Origin: an uncultured delta proteobacterium
GTDB lineage: Bacteria > Desulfobacterota > Desulfobacteria > Desulfobacterales > UBA2156
Direction: 5' to 3'
NCBI GenBank assembly: GCA_963736855.1
Contig: CAVTQK010000021.1
Span: forward strand, 576,001-640,000
DNA: 64,000 nucleotides
The position numbers and the translations under genes were made by a program. The notes beneath the pieces were generated by a model, which was given only the letters and a program-made list of their open reading frames with translations, did no database searches and was not told the origin of the DNA. Every line of letters starts with the position of its first letter. Positions within the stretch are counted from its first letter, which is position 1. This document shows, one piece after another, positions 9,876 to 20,082 of the stretch.

Positions 9876-10117
9876 TATCATTTCTCCCGGTTCCGGCCAC
9901 AAGCGATGCCCATGACCTTCTTTTCGCCCCCAAAAACATCAGGATACCATCTGAATTGACCCCGTTTCTGAAATCCGTTCGCATCATGTTCACCTGTTCC
10001 GCGGCCGACCCCGACAAACATGAAGATCGGCCCCGTAATGCTGACCAGCGATTCCCCTTTTCGCTCTGGGTGCCGTTGGAGCGCTTTCGCCACAGCACGG
10101 CAAACCGCAGCACCAGC

Positions 10118-10210
10118 GGATCATGATTGTGGGTTGCCCAAAGGCTAAGAGGCCTTATTATCTTTTTGATGATCCGGTCGTCCTCTATAAATGCGATGAT
10201 CCTCATGAGT
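10118..10210 (-). mobile_element. Short remnant of an IS91-like transposase C-terminus
   Basis: MRIIAFIEDDRIIKKIIRPLSLW resembles MRVVAFIEDPDVIRKILKHLNLW encoded at 40891-40959. Confidence 0.65.
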
Positions 10211-10518
10211 TTTCGTTCCATCTTCTCAGGAAACAGTCTTATGGTAAAATGCGTCAGGATTTCAGAGACACAACACAACCCTTCATAATGATCGACCGCG
10301 GATAACGCCGAAAAATTTCTTGAAAAATCAATTGGCTTCCGTTATTTTTCATTCAAAGATAAATCAGGAAGCCTCAAGATCGAAACCAACGAGAAGATGA
10401 TTCCATTTTACCGGGGCAGGATGCTGCTCCCTTGTTATCCTTGCGAAGAGCACTCCATCGATATTCAGATCGCGGAAGACAGGGAGATTGAGAGTCTAAA
10501 GTAAATCGAGGTAGAACC

Positions 10519-10827
10519 ATGAACCCAAAAATATCATCAATCCCCAAAGATACCCTTGCCGCATTTTGCCAAGCGCGTGGCATCCGGCGGCTGGCGTTTT
10601 TCGGTTCGGCGCTGCGTGACGATTTCCGCCCGGACAGCGACATCGACGTGCTGGTCGAGTTCGAACCCGACCGCATCCCCGGCCTGTTCGGAATTGCATG
10701 CATGGAGCGAGAGCTATCCGTGTTGCTGGGCGGCCGTAAAGTCGATATGCGCACATCTGAAGATCTCAGCCGGTATTTTCGTAAGCGAGTCCTCGCTGAA
10801 GCAGAGGTTCAGTATGCGGCCGGATGA
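10519..10827 (+). CDS. mntA: MNT-family nucleotidyltransferase antitoxin
   Basis: [22 protein letters not shown] (GSx10DxD motif). Confidence 0.88.
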   Translation: MNPKISSIPKDTLAAFCQARGIRRLAFFGSALRDDFRPDSDIDVLVEFEPDRIPGLFGIACMERELSVLLGGRKVDMRTSEDLSRYFRKRVLAEAEVQYAAG

Positions 10828-11158
10828 TCTGATCCGGTTGCGCCACATTCTGGATGCCGCGCACGAGGTTATCGGTTTTGTCCATGGCCGCTCCCGTGAC
10901 GATCTTGGTTGCGACCGTCAACTCGTTTTGGCGCTGGTCAAGGCGATCGAAATTATTGGCGAAGCTGCACATCAGATGGACCCAGCCTCCAGAGCTGAGG
11001 TGCCGGGCATCCCATGGGATGACATAATCGGTATGCGCCACCGATTGGTGCATGCCTATTTTGAAATCAACCTGGACATCCTATGGAAAACCATACAAGG
11101 TGATTTGCCTCCGCTGATCGCAACCCTGGAACCCTTTGTGCCACCTGAGGAAACATAA
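10814..11158 (+). CDS. hepT: HepT-like (DUF86/HEPN) RNase toxin
   Basis: Overlaps the antitoxin stop; [22 protein letters not shown] (Rx4HxY). Confidence 0.88.
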   Translation: MRPDDLIRLRHILDAAHEVIGFVHGRSRDDLGCDRQLVLALVKAIEIIGEAAHQMDPASRAEVPGIPWDDIIGMRHRLVHAYFEINLDILWKTIQGDLPPLIATLEPFVPPEET

Positions 11159-11300
11159 TGTTCTGCACCATCATTGAGCATCTTATAATCTAAACACCAC
11201 AAATCATGTCTGTCTTCCCTACCTCTCTTCCCTTTATACGCTAATTTTCCATCCTGAATGCCCACACTAAATTAACGAAATAAAAAAATTGGAAATATAT

Positions 11301-11339
11301 CATTTACATTTACATTGACATTTACATTTTTATATGTCA
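11301..11339 (+). promoter_or_regulatory. Promoter/operator region of the lexA cassette: five CATT(T/G)(A/T) hexamers and a TGACAT-N12-ATGTCA inverted repeat overlapping a TTGACA -35
   Basis: CATTTA CATTTA CATTGA CATTTA CATTTT TATATGTCA; TTGACA at 11315-11320. Confidence 0.55.
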
Positions 11340-11380
11340 TTTTCGGAAAACAAAAAAACTGAAACGATCGGGAGGCGTTT

Positions 11381-12022
11381 TTGATGCCGACGGAATTTAC
11401 ACAAAAACAGCAGCGGCTTCTCGACTATCTCAAAGAGGCAGCGTCCAAAACCGGGGGGACGCCCAGTCTGCGCCGGGCGGCGGATCATCTCGGTGTCAGC
11501 CATGCCGCCGTGTCCCAGATGATCCGGGCCCTCGAAAAAAAGGGGGCACTACACCGGGAGGGGCGTTACGGCCGCACCGTTCATCTTCTCAATCGTATGG
11601 GGCAGCCGACAGGAGTTTCACGCTGGCGGGAAATCCCCGTGGTGGGGAATATCGCCGCCGGGTTGCCTCTGTACGCCCAGCAGGAGTGGGGAGGAAGCCT
11701 GGTGGTGGACGCGGACCTGTACGGCGGGGCGAATTTGTTCGCCCTTACGGTCCGGGGGGATTCCATGAAAGACGCCGGGATCCTGGACGGGGACCTGGCC
11801 GTGTGCGAGCCAAGACAGTTCGCCGAAAACGGGGAGATCGTGGCGGTTTTGATCCGGCAGGAGGAAGCCACGGTGAAGCGCTTTTTCCTTCGAAAAAAAC
11901 ACATCGAACTGCGGCCTGAAAATACCGCGCATCGTCCCATGATCTGCGGATTCGATGAAGTCCTGGTCCAGGGAAAAGTCATCGGCATCCAACGGGGACC
12001 CGATGTCATGAAACGAGTGTAA
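11381..12022 (+). CDS. lexA: LexA repressor
   Basis: Winged-HTH N-terminus, Ala-Gly cleavage site (IAAG), catalytic Ser (GDSM) and Lys (TVKR); GGAGG RBS. Confidence 0.92.
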   Translation: MMPTEFTQKQQRLLDYLKEAASKTGGTPSLRRAADHLGVSHAAVSQMIRALEKKGALHREGRYGRTVHLLNRMGQPTGVSRWREIPVVGNIAAGLPLYAQQEWGGSLVVDADLYGGANLFALTVRGDSMKDAGILDGDLAVCEPRQFAENGEIVAVLIRQEEATVKRFFLRKKHIELRPENTAHRPMICGFDEVLVQGKVIGIQRGPDVMKRV

Positions 12023-12031
12023 GGATCCGCC

Positions 12032-12844
12032 ATGCCCGGTTGCACCCTTTTCGTCGGCACCAGCGGCTATTCCTACACCGAGTGGGTGGAGGCCGGATTC
12101 TATCCGGAAGGAACCCCGTCCGGGCGGATGCTTCCCTTGTATGCCCTGGAATTTTCCATCACCGAACTCAACTACACCTGGTATCAGATGCCCAAGGCCG
12201 AAGCCGTGGAACGCCAGCGGTCCCTGGCGCCGCCCGGTTTTTTGTTTGCCGCCAAACTCACGCGCACCCTGACCCATGAAATCGATCCGGAAACCTGGAA
12301 AAAGGACGCCGCATCTTACCGGGACGGCATCACCCCCCTCCTCCAGGCCGGACAGCTCGCCGCGGTCCTGATCCAGTTTCCCCCTTCATTTACCCGCACG
12401 CCCGAACACCGGAAACACCTGGCCGCCCTCATCGCCGAGCTGGACGGGCTTCCATTGGCCGTGGAATTCCGCCACCGGTCCTGGAACGACGAGCGGGTCT
12501 TTACGGAACTGAAAAAGCGCCGGGTCACCCTGGTGAATGTCGATGCGCCGGATCTTCCGGGGCTTTTCCCGGCCCTGAATGTGGTCACCCGTCCCGACCT
12601 GTTTTATGTCCGGTTCCACGGCCGCAACGCCAAAGGGTGGCGGTCCGGGAAGATGCATCTCCAGTTCGATTACAGTTACAGCGATGACGAATTAAAGGAC
12701 TGGATCGGAAACCGGATCGCGCCCATGGCTTCACAGGCCCGGCGAGGCATCCTCTTTTTCAACAACCACGTCCGGGCCCAGGCCCCGGAAAACGCCAAAC
12801 GGTTCATCCGTCTTCTCAAGGAACACGGGCTTTCCACGGCGTAA
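12032..12844 (+). CDS. DUF72 (YecE-like) TIM-barrel protein
   Basis: VGTSGYSY..W...FYP, ELNYTWY, LIQFPPSF, VEFRH.SW, YVRFHGRN, FFNNH. Confidence 0.9.
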   Translation: MPGCTLFVGTSGYSYTEWVEAGFYPEGTPSGRMLPLYALEFSITELNYTWYQMPKAEAVERQRSLAPPGFLFAAKLTRTLTHEIDPETWKKDAASYRDGITPLLQAGQLAAVLIQFPPSFTRTPEHRKHLAALIAELDGLPLAVEFRHRSWNDERVFTELKKRRVTLVNVDAPDLPGLFPALNVVTRPDLFYVRFHGRNAKGWRSGKMHLQFDYSYSDDELKDWIGNRIAPMASQARRGILFFNNHVRAQAPENAKRFIRLLKEHGLSTA

Positions 12845-12845
12845 C

Positions 12846-14024
12846 ATGCGGGAGCGGTTCATCATCCATTTCAACGTGGCCGATTTCGCCTCGGCGGTGG
12901 AGCGTGTCCTGGAGCCCCGGCTCCAGGGACGTCCCCTTCTCATCGCGCCTGAAGGAAGCCCCCGGGCCGTCGTGTACGACATGAGCGAGGAGGCTTACCG
13001 GCACGGGATCCGCAAAGGGATGCCTATCCGCAAGGCCCTGCGGCGCTGCCCCGGCGCCACGGTCCTCCCGCCCCACCCGGACCGGTATGAACGGGCCATG
13101 CGGGCTTTCCTAGAGCACGCCCTCCCCTACTCCCCCCTCATTGAAATCACGGACTGTCAGGGACATCTCTTTCTCGACGTGACCGGAACCGGGAGGCTCT
13201 TCGGCCCTCCGCCGGATCTTGCCTGGCGCATCCGAAAAACCGTGCGGTCCGGCATGGGACTGAATCCCATCTGGTCCGTGGCTCCCAATAAATTAACGGC
13301 CAAGGTGGCGACCCGGATAGTCAAGCCTGTAGGCGAGTACATCATCGGCGCCGGCGAAGAAGAAGCGTTTCTGGCGCCTTTGCCCCTGCACCTGATTCCC
13401 GGGATCGAATCGGAGGACCTGAAGCGATTTTCCGACTTCAATCTGACGCATGTGCGGGAGGCGGCCCGTCTTTCCGAGGAACATCTTATCCTTCTTTTCG
13501 ATCGACGGGGAACAACCCTTCACGAGGCCCTCCACGGCATCGATCCGTCGCCGGTACGCCCCTTTACCCACGGGCCTCCCGTAGTGACCGTGGATCACGT
13601 CTTCGAAGAGGATGCGCATTCCCCGGCGTATCTCGATCAGGCTCTGTTTCAGCTTGTGGAACAGGCCGGGATCCGCCTGCGCAAACAACGGCTGGCCGCA
13701 GGTCGGATCCGCGTGGCCCTCGACTATTCCGACGGGATTCGGGCAGCCCGGCAAGCGGCTGTCGATCCGGCATCCGCCAACGACTTTTGCCTCTTCCCGG
13801 CGGCTCGGACGCTTTTACGGCACGCCTGGAAACGCCGGGTCCGGGTGCGCCGTCTGGCCCTGGTCTGCGACCGGCTTACCTATCCGCCGCCGCTCCAGCA
13901 GGACCTGTTTGCCGAAGACACCCGGGAAAAAATCGCCCAGGAAAGACTGGTTTCCGCCATGGACGCCATTCGAGACCGCTTCGGAGCGGGTGCCGTCCGG
14001 ACCGGACGGGTGCTGGCTGCCTGA
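12846..14024 (+). CDS. imuB: Y-family polymerase homolog, probably catalytically inactive (ImuB-like)
   Basis: DinB fold, but HFNVADF replaces HxDxDxF and the SIDE motif is absent (EITDCQGHLFLD); clamp-binding QQDLF; C-terminal MDAIRDRFG. Confidence 0.8.
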   Translation: MRERFIIHFNVADFASAVERVLEPRLQGRPLLIAPEGSPRAVVYDMSEEAYRHGIRKGMPIRKALRRCPGATVLPPHPDRYERAMRAFLEHALPYSPLIEITDCQGHLFLDVTGTGRLFGPPPDLAWRIRKTVRSGMGLNPIWSVAPNKLTAKVATRIVKPVGEYIIGAGEEEAFLAPLPLHLIPGIESEDLKRFSDFNLTHVREAARLSEEHLILLFDRRGTTLHEALHGIDPSPVRPFTHGPPVVTVDHVFEEDAHSPAYLDQALFQLVEQAGIRLRKQRLAAGRIRVALDYSDGIRAARQAAVDPASANDFCLFPAARTLLRHAWKRRVRVRRLALVCDRLTYPPPLQQDLFAEDTREKIAQERLVSAMDAIRDRFGAGAVRTGRVLAA

Positions 14025-14026
14025 CC

Positions 14027-17018
14027 ATGATCCCCCTTTGCGTCCATTCGCATTTTTCCCTGATGGAAGGGACCGCCTCACCGAAACAGCTTTGTCAAAA
14101 AGCGCGGGCATTGGGATACCGTCGCCTGGCGCTGACCGACACGGACAACCTCTATGGCCTGTGGCCTTTTCTCGAAGGCTGCCGGGAGGAAGGGATTACC
14201 CCCATCGTCGGCGCCGCAGTGACGGATCCGAAGTCCAAGCACCGGATCGTCTGCCTGGTGGAAAACGATTCCGGATACCGCAATCTCTGTCGTCTCATCA
14301 CCCGCCGCCGCTGCGATAAGGCCTTTGACCTGAAAACCGCCCTTCCCTGTTTCAGCACAGGACTTGCGGTCCTGACATCGGCTCCAGAATGGCTTGCCTT
14401 CTGGCACGAGGCCGGCGTGACCGTGGCGGCGGCCCTGTTCCACAGTCCCGATGCCGCGGGATTGACGCTGCGAAACCTTTCCCGGCGCCTTGGGATTCCC
14501 TTTGTGGCTGCACCGGAAACCTTTCTTTGCGACCCGGAAGCGTTTGCCATCCACCGGTTGCTTCGGGCCATCGCCAAAAACACCTCCTTTTCCCGGTTGT
14601 CCGCTGCGGATACGGTTTCGCCCGACGCCTCTTTATCCCCTCCATCCGTTTATGCCCAACGATTTCATCTGTGGCCCGAGACCTTGGCCGCCGCCGACAC
14701 CCTGGCCGAGCGCCTCACATTTACCGGCCCGGATTTCGGTCTGGTGCTGCCTCCCTGGTCCGACCCCCGGGGGCGCCCCGCTGCTTGTGCCCTGAGGGAA
14801 TCGGCCTATACAGGCGCCCGAAGTCGCTACGGCGAAGACCTTCCGGAAACCGTGGTGGAGCGCCTGGAGCACGAGCTTTCCATTATCGAGACCATGGGGT
14901 TTTCAGCTTACTTTCTGATTGTGCAGGATATCGTGAAAAAAAGCCCCCGCATCTGCGGCCGGGGAAGCGGAGCCGCATCGCTTACAGCGTATGCCCTGGG
15001 GATCACCAACGTTTGCCCGATCAAATATAACCTGTACTTCGAGCGGTTCCTGAATCCGGGGCGGAAAGACCCGCCGGACATCGACGTGGATTTTGCCTGG
15101 GACGAACGGGATGCCGTCATTGAAGCTGTTTTGAAACAATATGCCGGACACAGCGCCATGGTATGCAACCATGTCGCCTTTCAGCCGCGGATGGCGGTCC
15201 GGGAAACGGCGAAGGTGTTCGGGCTTACAGAGGCAGAGATCGGCCGGGTTTCCAAACGCCTCCCCTGGTTCTGGCGGATGGAGGATGCCGCGGAAGACCT
15301 CCTGGTAAAAATCCGGAACATGCCCGAACTCCGGAGCCTCGAATTTCCGGATCCCTGGCCGGAAATCCTCTACTTCGCCCAAAAAATCATCGGAACCCCG
15401 CGCCACATCTCTGTGCATTCGGGAGGGGTGGTGATTACTCCCCATCCCATCGAAGACTATGTTCCCATCGAAATAGCCCCCAAGGGGGTACCCATCATCC
15501 AGTGGGAAAAGGAGGGCGCCGAGGCCGGCGGCATGGTCAAGATCGATCTTCTGGGAAACCGCAGCCTGGGCGTGATTCGGGACGCTATAGCCAACCTCTC
15601 TGAAAACGGCACCCCACTGGATGAAGCCCGCTGGAATCCGGAAGACGACCCGGCAACCCAAAAAAGTGTGGCCGAAGGAAAGACCATGGGGTGCTTTTAC
15701 ATCGAAAGTCCGGCCATGCGCCTGCTCCAAAAAAAGGCCGGTACAGGAGATTTCGAGCACCTGGTGATCCACAGCAGCATCATCCGGCCGGCGGCAAACG
15801 AATTCATCCGGGAGTACCTGCGTCGTCTCCACGGCGCCCCCTGGAAACCCTTTCATCCCCTCCTGAACGATGTCCTCGATGAAACTTTCGGGATCCTGGT
15901 GTACCAGGAGGACGTCTCCAAGACGGCGGTGGCCCTGGCCGGCTTCTCCCACGCCGAAGCGGACGGGCTGCGCAAAATCCTGTCCAAAAAAGATAAGGCA
16001 AGACGTCTCAAAGACTATCAGGAGCGCTTTTTTGACGGAGCTTTCCGCCAGGGGGTTTCCAAGGAGTGCATCGAAGCGGTCTGGAACATGATGTCAAGCT
16101 TTGACGGGTATTCTTTCTGCAAGCCCCACAGCGCCAGCTACGCCCGGGTCTCCTTCCAGGCCGCGTATCTGAAAACCCATTTTCCGGCCGAATTCATGGC
16201 CGCCGTCATCAGCAACCAGGGCGGATTTTACAGCCCTCTTTGCCTATGTTTCGGAAGCCCGGCGTATGGGGGTGGCTATCCTTGGCCCGGATGTCAACCA
16301 AAGTGAAATCCGGTGGAAAGGAAAAGAAAAATCCATGCGCGTGGGACTGCTTTCCATTTCAGGGCTAAGCCGGGCCACCCGGGAAAAAATCGTGGAAAAG
16401 CGAAAGACGAGCCCTTACCAGAGTCTCAAGGACTTCCTGAACAGGGTCCGTCCGGATGCTTCCGAGGCGAGCCATTTGATCCACGCCGGGGCTTTCGATG
16501 CCCTTCATCCCCGTGAAAGCCGGGCCGCTTTGCTGTGGGAGCTGGCCGTATGGCAAAAAAACCGGCTTCCGAAAACAGATCTTTTCTCAAGCGTCCATCC
16601 GTCCGAAAGACCGGATTTTCCGAATGACTCCGAAAAGAGTCGTCTCAGAAACACCTACGCCGCCCTGGGTTTTCTCTGTGACCGGCACCCTATGGTTCTT
16701 TTTTCCGAAACGCTTAAAAATAAAGGGATCATCAAAGCCGAAAACATGCATCGATACGCCGGAAAACCAGTACAAACCGCCGGCTTGCTGATAACCGGAA
16801 AAGTCGTCCACACCAAACATGGGGAGCCCATGGAGTTTTTAACCTTCGAGGATGAAACCGGCCTTATGGAAACCGTCTTTTTCCCCGAGGCTTACCGTCG
16901 GTTCTGCACCATCCTGGATAAATCCCGGCCCTTTGTTCTTTCCGGAAAGGTCGAAGAAGAATTCGGGGCAGCGACACTGACGGTCAATCGTGTATCGGCG
17001 CTTCCTAAAACGGATTAA
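14027..17018 (+). CDS. dnaE2: Error-prone DNA polymerase III alpha (DnaE2/ImuC); single frameshift near 16236
   Basis: PHP domain HSHFS, GRGSGA.S, PPDIDVDF, KIDLLG, YSFCKPHS; QGGFYSP|FAYVSEARRMGV is restored by removing one base; C-terminal OB fold FLTFEDETG. Confidence 0.9.
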
Positions 17019-17056
17019 GGCATGGCTTTGGCCACTTTAAGGTTCGTTGTCGGAAG

Positions 17057-17085
17057 TTGCAATTTTGTGGAAGAGGTATTATACT
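17057..17085 (+). promoter_or_regulatory. Putative sigma70 promoter of htpX
   Basis: TTGCAA-17 nt-TATACT. Confidence 0.5.
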
Positions 17086-17133
17086 ACTGAAAAATCAAAG
17101 ACGCCGACGATTCACCGGAGGAGATAGACATTC

Positions 17134-18063
17134 ATGGGAAATCAGATTCGCACCGTATTGCTGCTTTCCGTATTGACCGTACTGATTGTCCTTTTCGGAC
17201 AGTTCATGGGAGGACGCCAGGGGATGGTCATCGCGCTGCTTTTTGCGGCCGGGATGAACTTTTTCAGTTACTGGTTTTCAGATAAAATTGTCTTGAAAAT
17301 GTACGGCGCCCGGGAGGTGGATTCCCGGGAAGCCCCTGAGCTTCACGAGATCGTTTCCACCCTCACTCAGCGGGCGGGACTTCCCATGCCCCGGATTTAC
17401 ATCATTCCCAAGGACTCGCCCAATGCATTCGCAACAGGCCGGAATCCGGAGCATGCCGCCGTAGCCGTCACCGAAGGGCTCTTAAAGATCATGAACCGGG
17501 AAGAAGTCATGGGAGTTCTGGCCCACGAAATGGCCCATGTCAATAACCGAGACATCCTGATCGGGACCGTAGCCGCCACCATGGCCGGAGCCATCATGAT
17601 GTTGGCCAATATGGCCCGGTGGGGCGCCATGTTCGGGGGCGGTGGCCGGGACCGGGAAGGCGGAGGCGGCAACGCCTTAGCGATGATCGCCATGTCCATC
17701 ATCGCGCCTCTGGCCGCCATGATCATTCAAATGGCCATCTCCCGTTCCCGGGAATACTTGGCCGACGCCACGGGTGCCCGTTTTGCGCAGAGTCCGGAAG
17801 GGCTGGCCCGGGCTTTGGAAAAACTGCAGGCTTATTCCCAGAAAATCCCCATGAACGCCAGTCCGTCTACGGCCCACATGTTCATCGTAAATCCCCTTTC
17901 CGGAAGGAGTCTCATGGCCCTTTTTTCCACGCATCCGCCGGTGGAAGAACGGATTGCGAGACTTCGGGGCGGCTTCATCACGCCTTCCGGAAATACTCGG
18001 GAAAGCTCCGGCAACGATGTCGCTGAAAAAGGAAAGGCTTTCTGGGATCGGCTGTCCCGGTAG
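17134..18063 (+). CDS. htpX: Zinc metalloprotease HtpX
   Basis: [31 protein letters not shown]. Confidence 0.95.
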   Translation: MGNQIRTVLLLSVLTVLIVLFGQFMGGRQGMVIALLFAAGMNFFSYWFSDKIVLKMYGAREVDSREAPELHEIVSTLTQRAGLPMPRIYIIPKDSPNAFATGRNPEHAAVAVTEGLLKIMNREEVMGVLAHEMAHVNNRDILIGTVAATMAGAIMMLANMARWGAMFGGGGRDREGGGGNALAMIAMSIIAPLAAMIIQMAISRSREYLADATGARFAQSPEGLARALEKLQAYSQKIPMNASPSTAHMFIVNPLSGRSLMALFSTHPPVEERIARLRGGFITPSGNTRESSGNDVAEKGKAFWDRLSR

Positions 18064-18120
18064 ATACCTCAATCATGCCCCCTCTCTCCTTAAAAAGGCA
18101 TTTTTTCTCTTTTCAGCGTC

Positions 18121-20082
18121 ATGCAGGATAATAATCCCGTCGCTACCCTCCGGTCTTTGCGCCGAGGTATCTCGAATATGGCGCGGATCCTGTGTATTGA
18201 AGACCCACAGATCGATTCATGGATCCGTGCGCTGGACTTGAAGCTTTTTCCCCGGGTGGATCCGGATTTTCCATTAATTGCCGCAATCTGTGGGGGAGGC
18301 TCTTCTGGAAAATCGACCCTGTTCAATACCCTGATCGGATCCAGGATCTCTCCCACCGGCGGCCGCGCCGGCATGAATCGACGTGTTTTCATGGCTCTTC
18401 CCGAAAATATCGCTTCGAGAAAAGACTTTCTATTTTCCCTATACGAACCCTTCGGGGTTGTCCCGGAGCAACTGCGGGATCCACAAACCCTTGAGGAGCC
18501 GGGGGCCCCTTTGTATATGATCAGCAATGCGGTTCCCAAGAACCTGATTCTTCTAGACACACCGGATTTCGATACAGGTTCCAGGGGCGTCTACGCGAAT
18601 CGGCAAGAAGCAGAGAACGCCCTCGAGACGGCGGACGTCTTTATCTACGTCTTCACCAATTCCAATTATAACAACCGGGACAACACCGATTTTATTTCCC
18701 GGATGTTGACAGGCATCGGCATGCGCAAGGCCTTTTTGGTCTATCGGGCCTACCCCGGCTTCACCGATGCGGAAGTCTGCGAGCATGCCATGACGGTTGC
18801 TAAAAACATCTATGGGGAAAATGCCGAAAAGTATATTTTAGGAATATACCGCGCCGATGAAAACAACGCCGTAGCAGCCGGAAAGGCCTTTCTTTCCCTC
18901 GATCCTGCTCATACTCAATACCTTCCGTTTCATGAAGCCATCGATGCCATCGATCCGTTAATACTCCGTAAAGATATGCTGGATTCGGTGGCAACCGACG
19001 CCGGCAGGAAAGCCCGGCCTCTCGCAGAAGGACTCGAGCAGTCCTATGAAAAGCTTCTCCGATACACGAAGCTCCTGAAAGCCATACAAGACACTCAAAT
19101 CCGGGCAAGCCTTCGCCATTTCCCTACGGACCGGGTCCTGAAACGATTCACAAAAATCTGGATGACCCTGGATCCGCCCTTCATCCGCACCCTTCGAAAG
19201 ACCGGTCAGCTCATGGAGATCCCATTCAAACTACTTGTAAAAGCAGCAAAATGGTTGGGCAGATCAAGCGATTCAGAGTCCTCTGCAAAGGATACCGGGG
19301 CCTTCGAACATCAAGTGGAATCCGATCTGCTCCATGCCGCCCATGAGCTCTTTTCGGCCGCCCTTGCCGAACATCTCTCCGTCGCTGTAACCCATGGAGA
19401 TATCCCCGGACACGACTCCGGGACTCCTCACGAAACGAGAAAAACTGCCCAACCGACATCGCCCCAGGAAACCTTTCAGGCATTGGACGTCTTGGCACAT
19501 TCCGTAGTCTTTCCAGAGCAAAACGCCCTGTCTGCTATCGGCTGGCAAACCACACGGGATGCCATCCTCGCCCGGAAAGAGGCGATTGTGGCCTTTTCAA
19601 ACCAAATGGATATGGAGCTGATTCGAATCGCCGGGGATTTCCGAAAACGGATGCGCCCGATAGATCGGATCCGTCAGTCTCTTTCGGCTGCATTGAACAT
19701 CCTGCCCGCCACCCTAGCCGTAACCTACGTCCTTCACACCGGAGATCCCGTGGGCGCCGTGGGGATCAAAGTCAAACTGGCAAGCCTTCTCGGGGCCAAG
19801 GACCTCTATGCGCTGCTCGCCATTCCTGCAACGGCCGGTCTCAAGGCTGCGGACATGAAGCAGCTTCAGGAAATGCTGGAACCCCTGGCCCGATCCTGGT
19901 TTGAAAATAAATATAAAGAAACTGCAAAGATCTTTGAATCCCATATCACCGGCAGGATATTCGATCGTGCCGATGAAGCGCTTTCACAATCCGGCTTACT
20001 GATGAAAAAAATCCAGGAAGATCTTGAGGCGATGGAGTCGGGTATCCTTGAAAACAGACCGGGACATAACGATCGTGTCTAA
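18121..20082 (+). CDS. Dynamin-like/TRAFAC GTPase with a long helical C-terminus (protein A)
   Basis: G1 GGGSSGKST, G3 DTPDFD, G4 not canonical (YRAY); hydrophobic segment near the C-terminus. Confidence 0.75.
   Translation: MQDNNPVATLRSLRRGISNMARILCIEDPQIDSWIRALDLKLFPRVDPDFPLIAAICGGGSSGKSTLFNTLIGSRISPTGGRAGMNRRVFMALPENIASRKDFLFSLYEPFGVVPEQLRDPQTLEEPGAPLYMISNAVPKNLILLDTPDFDTGSRGVYANRQEAENALETADVFIYVFTNSNYNNRDNTDFISRMLTGIGMRKAFLVYRAYPGFTDAEVCEHAMTVAKNIYGENAEKYILGIYRADENNAVAAGKAFLSLDPAHTQYLPFHEAIDAIDPLILRKDMLDSVATDAGRKARPLAEGLEQSYEKLLRYTKLLKAIQDTQIRASLRHFPTDRVLKRFTKIWMTLDPPFIRTLRKTGQLMEIPFKLLVKAAKWLGRSSDSESSAKDTGAFEHQVESDLLHAAHELFSAALAEHLSVAVTHGDIPGHDSGTPHETRKTAQPTSPQETFQALDVLAHSVVFPEQNALSAIGWQTTRDAILARKEAIVAFSNQMDMELIRIAGDFRKRMRPIDRIRQSLSAALNILPATLAVTYVLHTGDPVGAVGIKVKLASLLGAKDLYALLAIPATAGLKAADMKQLQEMLEPLARSWFENKYKETAKIFESHITGRIFDRADEALSQSGLLMKKIQEDLEAMESGILENRPGHNDRV

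Noticed and set aside
11301..11330. Tandem repeats considered as a CRISPR or iteron array
   Set aside because: Units are 6 nt with no spacers, and there are no cas or rep genes; no CRISPR array was seen anywhere in the window.
13787..14026. N-terminal extension of the dnaE2 ORF
   Set aside because: It overlaps imuB in another frame; the PHP domain starts at ATG 14027.
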